Shown: piece by piece, positions 43,701 to 55,700 of the stretch
How the letters are laid out: every line of letters begins with the position of its first letter
Numbering within the stretch: position 1 is the stretch's first letter
Assembly: GCA_965216875.1 (NCBI GenBank)
Contig: OZ244207.1
Coordinates: 5,280,001 to 5,344,000, forward strand
DNA: 64,000 nucleotides
Reading direction: 5' to 3'
Source of the DNA: Rubripirellula sp.
GTDB lineage: Bacteria > Planctomycetota > Planctomycetia > Pirellulales > Pirellulaceae
Made by a program: the position numbers and the translations under genes
Notes under the pieces: generated by a model
What the model was told of the DNA's origin: nothing
Database searches by the model: none
What the model saw: the letters and a program-made list of their open reading frames with translations, nothing else

Positions 43701-46700
43701 CCGAGCGATGCTCCGGCGTTGCCACCTTGGCCAACGTCCGTCAGCCGGACAAAGGCGAAGCGATCTTGTTGGTCAAACCCAGCAGCATCGATATCCAACA
43801 GAGCGGTCAAGCCGCCGATGATACCGACTTCGAAGAACGACAAGCCGTCACGGCTAACTTCAACTCGCACCGATTCGACGGCACCGGTTTCGAAGATCGC
43901 CAAGTCAGGCCGGGCGTCGCCGCTGCCGGTCAACAAGTTATCGGTGAACTGAACCGTAATCGATCCGCGAATACCAAGCGAAACTTCGGTGGTTCCATCA
44001 ATGGGCTCGGGCCCACGTCCCACACCATCGGGTGCTCCCAGCGCCGAGTCAGGCGTTTGATGCACAAGCGTCGGTGCCGCCCCGCCTGCGTCTGGCAGGT
44101 AGGAGGCGATCGCGTCAGCGAATGACAACTGACCATGCTCGAACAAGATTCCTTCGAACGTTGCTGCTGGGCTTGTGGTACCCGGCTGGACGCTGCCACC
44201 GATGAAGGTGTTGTTGACGATCCGCTCGAATGGAACAGGGTCGTTACCCGATTCTTGGAGGTTCGGATCGAAACCGGACACCTGCAGGCCACCGGTGCCG
44301 TTGAAGGAGAAGACGTTGCTTTGCACGACAACGCCTGGCTTCAAGCTCTCGGTGTTCAGTTCAACAAGGTTGCGAGCGTATCGCACGGCCGAAGGTGTGG
44401 TGACACCATCAACCACCGCGTTTACATCGTGTGAAATGTCGAGACCGAAGTTCTCGTTGAACAAGAACCGGCTGTTTTCAACCAGGATAATGCCTTGGCT
44501 TTCGCGTTCGCGGTTATCGTCCCCGCGAAGCGAATTGCGTTGGACGTCCGCAAGGGCATCCGTCGCATCTTCGATCAAGACATCCGCAAACAAGTTGATG
44601 GTCGCGTCAGTCGATCCGTCCACGCCGCTGCGTCGCAGTGCAGGAACTTCGATCACCAACTGGACATCTTCGCGGTTGATCGAGTCCACGATGGTCTGAG
44701 CAACTTCAGGTGCCGTTTGCGGTCGAATCGTTCCCGATCCTGGCACAATCTCGCCGGTGATCGGATCGATTTGTTCGCTACCGGGCTCGAGAGCCTGCAG
44801 CGTGAATGGAATCCGGACGTTTCCTGGGGTCACACCCGTTCCCGATTCAACCAAGTCGAACTCGAACGTCACCGTTGAGCGACCGTCATTGATCGAGAAG
44901 GTTTGGCCGTCACGAATCTGATCCGCCGAACGAGCAACGATCGTTCGCGATTCGGTCATTCGCTCGTTGGTATCAAACGTGCGGAATGGCGTGTTCGCAA
45001 GTGAGTCGATGTACTCACTACCGTCACGAATCTCGACCTGATAAGCACCGGTCAACAGGTTGCTGGTCGGATCCGCAGGCACTGGGAACTGTGGACTCAA
45101 ATCGGTGGTGAACGGTTGGTCAACCACGTTCGAGTCGGTCGCGATTTCACCACGCTCGGCAAAGCCGATGATGAAGTCGTCGAGGTAGATCCCTTCAAAG
45201 TTGTTGTCGGCAACACCCGAAAGCGGGCCGCCACCGAACAATTCACCATAGCGGTCGGCTTCGTTTGCAAACGGTCCGGAATCGTCCAATTGCAAGCCTG
45301 GCAGTCGGATCGAAGATCCACTGGTTGGAATCTTCTCCAGCACACCGCCCGTAAAGCGAGTCGCAATGACGTGTTGGGCCTGGGCAGCAACTTCATCGGC
45401 AGTCATGAAGCGACTGACGCGAATCGGCAGCCCTTCAATGTTGCCTTGAGCCGAGGTGCTGAACAGGTTCGAAGGCGTCGCGACAATCTGGGTCAACCCG
45501 CTGACTTCAACGATGTTGCTATCCGACATCACGCTGACAGGCTGGTTGATTGCGATCGACGCGGTGTAGCTATCGGTTTGGCCGATCACTGCCGAACCAG
45601 GAACGCGAGGATCATAATTGTCGTTCAACGTGCCGCTGATACCGATGAAGATCGGGCCATCAACGGTCGCGGTGTATTGCAACATTCCAGTGGTGATATT
45701 GACGACTGGATTCACTTCATCGCCAAGAGCGTCGAAGAAGCGAATCACAGGTTCCAACGCACCGACGTTGTCGAACGTTGCGTTGATACCCACTGTCGTG
45801 CCACGAGCAACATTGACTCGCAACAGGTCGACATCATCCAAGTTGGTCTGTACACCAAACTCGTCGATCGATCCGACACGACCACTGCCGTTGATCGTCA
45901 GGTTACCGGTGCCGTCGTACGGCAACTCAGTTGCTTCGAAGATCAAATCGTTGCGTTGATCCAAGCCGTTGGGGTCATCCGAAGGATCGGAGAAGCTGAC
46001 ACCCGAGATGGTCGGATTGGTTGGCGGGTTCAATCGCACCGCTTCTGCCAACGAAACGGCGACCTGGTCAGCGGTCAAATCACTGAGAGTGATTCCGATA
46101 CCCACATTGGCCAGCAGGTCGATCTCGACATGTCCCGGTGGGATCTGGCGTGTGCCGTCGTTGAAGGTATAGGCTTGGCCATCGATATTGATCGTTGCCA
46201 GGGCGTTAGGATCTTGGAACAGCTGATCAAGTTCGACACCTGATGGCACAGTAACCGTCGGTGCCAAGTCGATCGTGAACGCCTCGCCGTTGATCACCAA
46301 CTGCTCGCCTTCAACCAACAGATCGCCTGGAAGAGCACGAACTGAATCAGACGAACTGTTTGTCGAACCACCGGTCGAGTACTCGACGCGAATCATCAGG
46401 CCTTCTTCGCCTGCGAATTCGTCAAGTGGAATGCGAGCTTGACGCCACGAACCGGTGTTGTCGAACAACTGTTGCACGTCGACATCGATTTCGTCGTTGT
46501 ACACGCCCGCTTGTGCTGGATCATCAAACTCGTCGTCCGAGTCGGTGATTCCGCGTCGGGTTGTATTGGAGGCAACCAGATGCTCGACGCCGTTTTCGGT
46601 GATGACGTAAACACGTAACCGGTCGTTGTCACCGTCGTTTTCGGCAAAGTAGTTGAAGTACATCGTTGGTTGGTCGTCGGAACCGAAACCAACAAGGCTG

Positions 46701-49700
46701 AATGGGTTACTTTGAACAACACCCTTGGAACCACCAGGATTGTTGAACGTGTCTTCGACACCCTGACCATCGACACGTGGCGAGAACGTCGGACGCTCGA
46801 CAACCGATGGGTAGTTGCCGTTGAAGGCACTGGCCTCGTAGCTAAAGGCAAGGCTGTTGCCACCCTCTGACCCGGGACGAGCACCATGGTGCAATGCGTT
46901 GATGCCGTGGCCTGGATCCGCACCACGCTGGCCGGTCACGTGCCACAGGTTGAAGTCCATCGTGCTGAAGTCCAAACCTTGGGCTCCAGCGATTCCTGTG
47001 GAAATAACGGAACGATTGCCGGCGAAGACAGGCTGAAGTTCACCACGTGTGTTGAACGCATAGATGTCGCCGTTGCCGGTGATACCGAACAGCAGGTTCT
47101 GGAGCGAACCGTCTTCAACACTCACTGGACCGGCTCGCAAACCGGTGAAGTTGATGCCGACCAAGTCGGTTGCCGTACGAACGTACTGGCCAACTTGACG
47201 GTTGCCATTGCTATCGAGTTCCGATGCGTTGACAACAAACATGCCACCACGGTTGGTGACTGCGTAAAGCTGGCTGTTGATCAGCTCGATACCGGTCACA
47301 ATCGGAATGTCACCATTGCCAATGTTTGGCGAAACACCACCCGCAACCAGGTTACCGGTCGCTTGAGAAATGATGCCGTTGGTGATTCGCAATGAATGCC
47401 CATCAGGGATCGCGGCGACATCAGGCAAGTTGCCCGCATCATCTTCCGCTTGAACCGCAGTCGTGATGCGTTGCGCGATGATGTCGACGGTGTCCGTTGG
47501 CAGCAACAGGATCGGCACATTGCTGCCCGTGACTCCTGGCGTACCGCTCAATGTCAGTGGCGCGATATCCGGATCGGTGACAGGGTCTGGTGAAACCCGA
47601 ACCGAGGATGCGGTTGGCAAGGCAAGCTGAGTTCCCTTAGCCGAAACGGGGATGCCAGCGCCACGCATTGCCGCAGCCAATCGGGCGATCAGCAGCTCAG
47701 GTGCGATGTCTTCGCTGACATCAATTCCAATCGCTCCTGCGTTCAGCAACGTGTTATCACCTTCGATGGTGACGCCAGCTCCAGCAGACGTTGTGAGCTG
47801 GGCAGGTCGAGCACCAGTGAAGAAGACTTCGTTGACGTTGGAAATCGCGTCCAACCCAAACAGGTTGGCATTGATCGCGGCTGCAAGATTTGCGGCGATT
47901 TGATCGGAAGGAATCGCTTGGCCATCAGGCAGAACGGTCGCAATTGCAATGTTGCCTGTGGTCGCTGGGTCAAGCCGCACGAACTCGAAGGTTGCGGTTT
48001 GGCCGTCAACACCTTCAATGGTCAGTCGGTCGCCCTGGTTCAGTGCTCCCAGCGGAGCGGCTTCGTCGACGACGAGTCGTTCGCCCGTATTGAACTCGAA
48101 TGGCACTTCGCCACTTCCGAGGTTCACAAAGACGGCATCACCGTCTCGAACGGGGTTCGCACCATCGGCGAGGAGCGTGAAACCTTGGTCGAATTCAAAG
48201 GTGACCGTTTCGCTGAGGTTGGTCAGGGTGAATCGGTCCCCATCAACGAGGCTTGGCACAGCGATGCCAGCTGCGTTGATCACCGTCGCATCCGTGATCC
48301 CCAGCTGAGTTGCCGTTCCGACCTGCGGAGCAACGGTGTTGATCTGGCCGACTTCACGGCGCGAAGTACCAGCACCTGGGAACTGCTCATCCAAGTCGTA
48401 GACTGGGCCAGTCGACAATCCAGTCGCATCGTCGAAGTCATACAGGACGTTGCGAATGTACTCGAGTGCTCCGAAGTTACCGAAGCGTTCGAACGGACGA
48501 CTTCCGATGAAGAAACCAACTTCGTCCGATTGTTGCAGCGGGTTGGTGAACTCGCGAATCGCAATTCCTTCGACGATGAACCCGTCGTCACTGTTGGCCT
48601 CAAGGATCAGGTCACCAACCAGGTCATGATGAGTCGTCATACCGGCGCCAACGCTGATCGGTGCACCGGCACTGCCGTCTTCAGTACTGATCTGTCGGTA
48701 GAACCAGTTTGCGTCGCCTGGAATGCCGTTTTGGTAGCCCGAGTAGGCGAACAGTTCACCATTCGCACGGAACGCGATGTCTCGGATGAGCTCGCCGCCA
48801 GAGAGGCCAAAGTTGCCGACGGTGCCGTAGGTCTGGCCGGTAAACGGATTGACCAACAAGAGTCCGTTGGCAGTATTGACGTACAGCAACGTGTCGTCGA
48901 ACGAGTACTCGATAATCGAATCGCCGTCGAACAGAACAGGCGTTGTTGGCCCCGTCGCCGTGCCTCCGCCAGTGCTGCCGATACGATCTTCCGCAATTCG
49001 CTGGACCGAGTCGATCGGCTCAAGGCGAAGCAGCGGATTGGCACTGTTTGGATTGAAGAATTGGTCCAATGGCAGTGGCACTTGCGATTGGTTCGCGACG
49101 GCGACGAAGTAAGTACCTTCGGCAAGCTCGGTCGCACCAATGTACGGGTCTTCGGTTCCGGCGCTACCGCGGCTCAAGTCAGCGGTATCGTTGCCATCGG
49201 TAATGCCTGGCAAGTCATCAGCAACGTTGCTGTCACCACCAACAAGGATGAGTTCGCCAGCAGCATTGAAGACGTACAACGCCATGTCGCTGCGAGCGAA
49301 GTTGCTGGCGTAATCGAGGTCGAAGACCGTCGACAGGTGCAGAGCGGCTGCATCACGTGTCAGGTTTTCGTAGGTCACTTCGAAGCGATACCAGTCGACA
49401 TCGGTTGCCGAGCTGATTTCGCCAGCAAACGCCTTGGACAAGCGATCACTTTGCAGTGGGCCGGCTTCCGAAACGGTCGCGTCTTCGCCAACGGAGAAGT
49501 ATCCAAGCGGTTGTGCGTTGGCCAAGCTGTCGTTGTCGGCCGAAGTCTCGTGCTCGTCACCCAACAAAGGCGAGTGGAAGGGTTGCCCGATGATCTGCAA
49601 ACCATTGGTTGCATAGCGAATGTCCGACAGACGGACTTGAGTACCTGGCGATTCGTCAGCTTCTTGCAAGCGAATCTGCAGTTCATAGCGACCTCGCGAC

Positions 49701-52700
49701 AAACCGTCTTGCAAACGATCGGGGTCGTTAAGCGTGGCAAAGTCGAGTGGGTCCTGCGTGTTGGCACTGCGGACACGGACGTGGTAGAGGTTGCGTGTTC
49801 CCGCTTCGCCTGGAAGCTGGATTCGCATCCCCGCATCTTTCGGATTGGTCGAGAACTCGTCCTGAATCTGAGCACCGGTCAAGGTTTGAGCAGTGCTTGC
49901 ATCCACAACCGCACCGAGAACGGCGCTGGTGTCGACGTTGACCGTCGGGGCACTTCGACCAACGAAGCGGTCTTCGTCAAACCGAAGACGAATCACAAAA
50001 TCTTCGCCATCGCGAACGATCACGTTCGGATCGTTGGCATCGACTTGGCGTGGCGTACGACGGAGCAACGTCGCCTCGACAACACCAAGATCAGCGCCGT
50101 AGTTCAGATTCAACGCATTGGCGATCGCCTCCGCGGGATTGGCCAAGAAGGTATCGACTGGCACCGCGATCGCGTCGTTCGCACCTGGGATCGAAACGGC
50201 AAGTTCGCCTGTTGCTTCTACGATCGACTCGCTGACGGTGATGTCTTGAACGGGGAGTCGCTCTGGCACGACCGACAGCGGGCGTGCTGCTTCAGGGTTG
50301 ATTCCCGTATTGATAAACAACGCGTTGGGATCGGTTTCCGCCAAGATCGAATCGTTCGACGATGCCAAGACACGTCCGTTGGCGTCGATCAACTCGACGA
50401 CCGTATCGAGACTGTTGCTTGTTCGGTCGATGTCCAACCAAACTTCGGTGTTACTTTCGCCAATGAAGGAGTAGACGTCGATGTCGTTGCGTTGCGTCAG
50501 AGCACCATCAACGATGAAGCCGAGTCGGCGGTTCTCGTCGCCGGAAGCCAAGTCGGGTGCGATTTCACCCAAGAATTGAGACTGGCTTGGAATCGAGTTG
50601 GTGTTGAAGACGGATGTGCGAACTGGTTCTTGCTCAGGAATGGCCGCAACATTGCGATCATCCGCTGCTTCGCGAACCACGACGCCGTTCCACAACCCGG
50701 GCTCGATGGCGTTGAATCCAGCGCGATCGATCACCTCGGGGTCAGCCGGGATCAATTCCAGGAAACTGGTGATGGTCGCAGCATTAGCCGTCGAAAGCGT
50801 GTCCCATGCGAACGCAGTGGTCACATCGTTCGGCCCAAACTGCAGTGGGTTGTTCGGATCGGGTGGAAGATCGCCAAGGTCGATGGTGCCGGGAACGGTA
50901 AACGGAGCACCGCCACCAATGATCGCTTGTTCGAGATCATTGAATTGGTCCGCCGACCAACCAGCGTAAGTCGCATTGATCAGATTGGCGCCGTCTTCGA
51001 CGTAGAAACCACCATGCGAGAAACCGACACGACGGACGCTATCGATCGTCAGGGCACGGAAATCGGCTTGGCCAGGAGTGCCTTCGACGATCAAAACATC
51101 GTCCGAGGGGCCTTCAACATCCTCATCCAAGTAGCTGATGACACGAACATCACCGAGTTCGGCACCAACATCTGCGAACAACTCAAGTCCCGTAAACAAG
51201 ACAGGGACACCATCAAGGAATTGCGAGGTCGCAACCCAAGTGACCGTACCGTTGGGTCCAACAAACGTCCCGCGGCTTTCGACCACATCGTCTGCGATCA
51301 AGGTCGCAGGTTGAGTGATCGTGCTCGCCGACAAGTTGATCACCGCGCCGTTGGTTTCGATGTAGGTTCGGTAGGCGAAGATGTAGTTTTGATTGATGAG
51401 CAATTGGCCAAGCGTCAAATCTTCGACAGTCACGCCACTTGCGAGGATCTCGTTACCGTCGCCAGGTGTTGCTTCGAAGTAGCCTGGTTCAACGGTGCTG
51501 ACATCGTTGTCGATGATATTGCCACGATTGATTTCATTACCGGCCGGCAGGACGGGGAAGCTCGGTCCGCCAACGCCGATCGAACCACCAGGCGATGCAT
51601 TCAACCGTTGCTCGGACAGAGCACCCGCGATCACACCGTCATTGTTGGTATCGACCTGCGGGAGTCCTTCGCGAGTGAATCCGGCACCGGCGAAGTCGTC
51701 GGCCAAGGTCGTCAATACGACCGGGAAGTCAGGATGTCCAGCCAACTGGAGCGAACCACCGATTCGATCGGGGATATCACGCAGTTGATCCGCTGCGGTG
51801 GCTAAAGAACCACCGACAACGATGCCTGCGGTATCGCCATTGGTGTCTTCAAATTTCACAACCAGGCTACCGCGAGCGTCACTTTGCAATCGCAAGCCAC
51901 CAAAGATGTGTTTGTTTGGCACTTCGATCGTGTCGCGAACCACGTGAACGATGTTCACGTCGTCCCAAACACCTTCGGTCGCCAACTCACCACCACGAAC
52001 TTCAAGGCCATTGATGGAGTTGTTCGTCAGTGAGTTATCTTCGATCAGTGGACCGCTGTTTCCGATCACGTCGACGGCGTCAAGGCGACCAGTGGCGCGA
52101 CCGTAGTCCGAAACATCAAGAGCATTCAGCGAGTTGATGTCGAACGTCATCGCAGGTCCATCACCGTCAGCGAAATCGTTGCCGACAATGATTGGCTGGG
52201 AAGCTCGCGCGAACAGCGTACCAGTCGCGTTGTCACCACGACCAACGCGGGTGCCGTTAGGATCAACTCGACCGTCCGCGTTCTGGTCGAACGTCGTGTT
52301 GGCAAGACGCAGGTCGGCCTGGTGAACTTCCAAAGCGTTGAAGGAGGCAAACCCACCTTCGATACGCGTGGTACCACCACCACCGGCGATCACGGCATTG
52401 TCGATGCTTGCCGACGAACCATGACCGATGTAGATACCGCCCCAGTCACCTGGAGTCAGTTGACCCGATTGGCCACGTCCATTGGTGTCGAAGGTTCCAC
52501 CGCCACCATAGCGTTGGTCATCCAAGCTGGTGAAGATGATTGGACGTCCAGGTGCACCTTCGGCGATCAGCGTGGCACCAAAACGGGCTTCGATGCGCGA
52601 GCCCTTCAATTTGACGACCGTACCTGGGTCGATCGACAACCGTCCATCCAAGCGACTTCGCAGGACGACGTCATCGTCGGACAGCGCCAATGTACCTTCA

Positions 52701-55700
52701 GCTTCGCGATCTACGTGTGTGCTCGAGCTCGCGTTGAGCTGTGCAACCAATCGAAACTCGCCGGGCAAGCCGGTCCCGGGATCGACGGGAGCGCGATAGA
52801 GACGACGCGACACAAAGTTCGAACCGTTGGGAACCAGCGGCAACTGGTTCAGCACAATGCCGCCGGTGGCACCGAGAGTGGCCGAAACGGTCGGTTGGCT
52901 GGCAGCCGATTCCAAACCATCGACGTCAACATTCGTCAGTCGATAAACATAGGTGCCTGGATCGATATCACCCACGACACTGGTCGTGAGGCGAACCAAC
53001 AGCGACGAAGGTGCCGACGATTGTAGGATTGGACCACCTGGCGTACCGCGAACAACCAAGTTCTCAGGCACGATGTGAGGAATGTCGGTATCGTCGAAGC
53101 GAGCCGCGGTCGTGATCGGCTCGAGGAATTCACCGGTCCGCGTCGCAACGCGAACAAACAATCCATTGAAGCTGTTGTCGGCAACCGTGTTGCCGAAGAT
53201 GTTTGGACCAACACGGGTGTAATCCGGCGTGAAGATCTCGGCAGCTTGGAACTCGGTGCTGGTGAAGCGAGTTTCTTCGAAAGTGTCTGGCGTCGCAGCG
53301 ATTGCGGCGTCAGCGCTTAGCGTGATTCGCGAGTTGATAATGGTCGGACGCGTGATCGCCATGTCGATAGGCGAAACAACCACCTGTTGACCACCGATCG
53401 AAACGCTACCACCACCGAAACGAATATCAGCGTTTTGGATGTGGTTAAGGAAGACGCCTTCGAGTTCGCGATTTCGACGCGACTCATCAGCCGTATCCAA
53501 GTCACCGCGGAAATCGATACCGCCCCAGTCGCCTGCACCCGCCGTCGGAGTAAAGACTGGCGAGTTGCCGGCACCGATGGTGTCGTCGTTGAAACTGGTC
53601 AGGTAGACGCTACCAGGAATGATCGCGTTCGTCGCATCACGTGCGGGCAAGCCGCTTGGCGTGATGATCGACGGCAGACCCAAGATTTGGAGAGCCGAAT
53701 CGCTCAGATCGATTTCTGGGGAAACACTTCCCACGCCGATTCGCGAACCGCTGAACTTCAACACAGCACCCGAATCGATGATGACTCGAACGCCCTGCGG
53801 CAAGTCCATCGTCGAACCGTCATCAAGCGGCAAGCCGTTGTTGTCGAATCCGATTTGATAGCTGAAGTTGTCTTGAACCGTTTCGACGCGATTGTCGATA
53901 CCGCCGTTGCCGACGATGCGGATCGTTGTGAAGCCAGGCTGCGCTGCTGCGCGAGCTAACGCGTCGTCGATTTCGTTGTATGGATTGCCAACCTGTCCAA
54001 AGAGCGAGAACGCTGGTGCGAGCACCTGGCCATCTGGAACCAAGTCTTGGGTTTGGCCATTGACGAACGGACCAGCAGCCTTGTCGACGTAAAGCGTGTT
54101 GTTGGCATCGTTCGGGACGAACCAAAAATCAAAAATGCCACCCGGACGATTGTCGCCATCGCCGTCCATCGGAACACCGGTCGTATCCGTGATCGCCGTT
54201 GTGATCGTGGGACGGAAGTCGAGCCGCAGTTCGTATTCGCCTTCGGTCAAACCACCGAAGCCGGAACCGACAATATTTGGATCGTAGTCGTCGTTGCCGC
54301 GAGCACTGACGCCGACGACGTAGTTGCCGGCCAAGACATCAATGTCGATCAGCGAATCGTTACTGAAGTAGTTGTCGTTCTGCGCGATCTCTGTAAACGA
54401 ACCGTCGGGGTTCTCTTGGTACAGACGCAGAGTCGTGTTCAACAGGCTTGGATCGCCCAATCGCTCTGCAAGCGTTTCGATCGCCAATCGACCAGGGGAA
54501 TCAAGTGTGAACTTGTAGAGGTCAATGTCGGTACTATCAGGGCGATAGAGGTATTGACCGTGAACAATGTCTGCAACGCTTGGGAAAGCGGGTTCGTTGT
54601 CCGTGCCCGGTGCGAAGATGAAGCTCGTACTTTGCGTCACAGGCTGGGGCAAGTCGTCGGCATAGCCGTAACCGAGCAATTGCCCAACGACAAACATGGC
54701 ACCGCGGAAGAATTCGCCGCCAAATTGGTCGTCGGTAGATTCGTCGAAGTCTTGGAAGTCCATCACTCCCAAGTCATCGATTCCGTCACCATCACGGTCG
54801 CGCGTGACGACAGCCAAGCCACCTGCACCGCTGGTCGCCGTTTCATCGCCACCATAGAGGTCGCCCACTGCGATCGAGATAAACGCGTCGCTGGTCGGTT
54901 CACCTTCGACTTCGACGAAGCTGATACCGAGATATTGGCTGTACAACTGCAACACTTCGCGAACACGCGTCTTCTGCTGTTCGCTGATGATGTTGAAGTA
55001 GGTCGTGTCTTCGAGAATGCCAGGACGGTTCGGGTCGTCGCCCAACCACGATGGCGCGAAGTTGTATTGGATGATCGAAATACCATCGACAACGTCAGCA
55101 CCGTTGCGGAGGTAGTCCAGCGGTACGGTACGATTGAGACGCGATGGATCGTCTGGGCGAATGTCGCGCGTTCCGGCCGCATCAGGACCTGGAAGGTCCA
55201 ATTCGAACGCCGTTTCGTTGAAGATCTCGGACGTCAAGCGAGCCGATTGAGTGGTGTTCGACCCAATCGTCCACTGCGTGTTCAAATCGAACGCGGTGCC
55301 AAACGAGTCGCCAGGCTCGATCGGGTTGTTCGGATCCTGGATCAACGAGACTTCCGTCGGCGGCGAAGGCAAGTTTTCGCTGGTGCCGATTCGTAGCCGC
55401 GCTGCACCTTCGTAGAACTGGGTCGGATTGCCGGCGATTGGAATCCGCGACAGCGGACGCTCAAAGTCAAGCGTCGCAATGTTGGTGATGTTGTTGTAGT
55501 CGACCGAAGCGGGATTGATGACCGCGTCATCAACGTTGCTGACCGTGTCACCGGTGAAGATCAACTGATAGAAGGAAGGATCTTCAGCCAGCGTTGGATC
55601 GAGATCGTCGTCATTGAAGTGAACTTCGACCTTGCCCGTTTCGGGGCTCAGCGCACCGGTGGTCGAGTTGCGGCGAATCGGCTCCGGAACAACCGCGACC

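Noticed and set aside
47900..51805. 1301-aa plus-strand ORF and other long antisense ORFs (34568-35698, 42008-43156, 54047-55396, 11526-12494)
   Set aside because: They lie wholly antisense to well-supported genes and show no recognisable motifs. Codon bias in GC-rich genes readily leaves the antisense frame free of stops.
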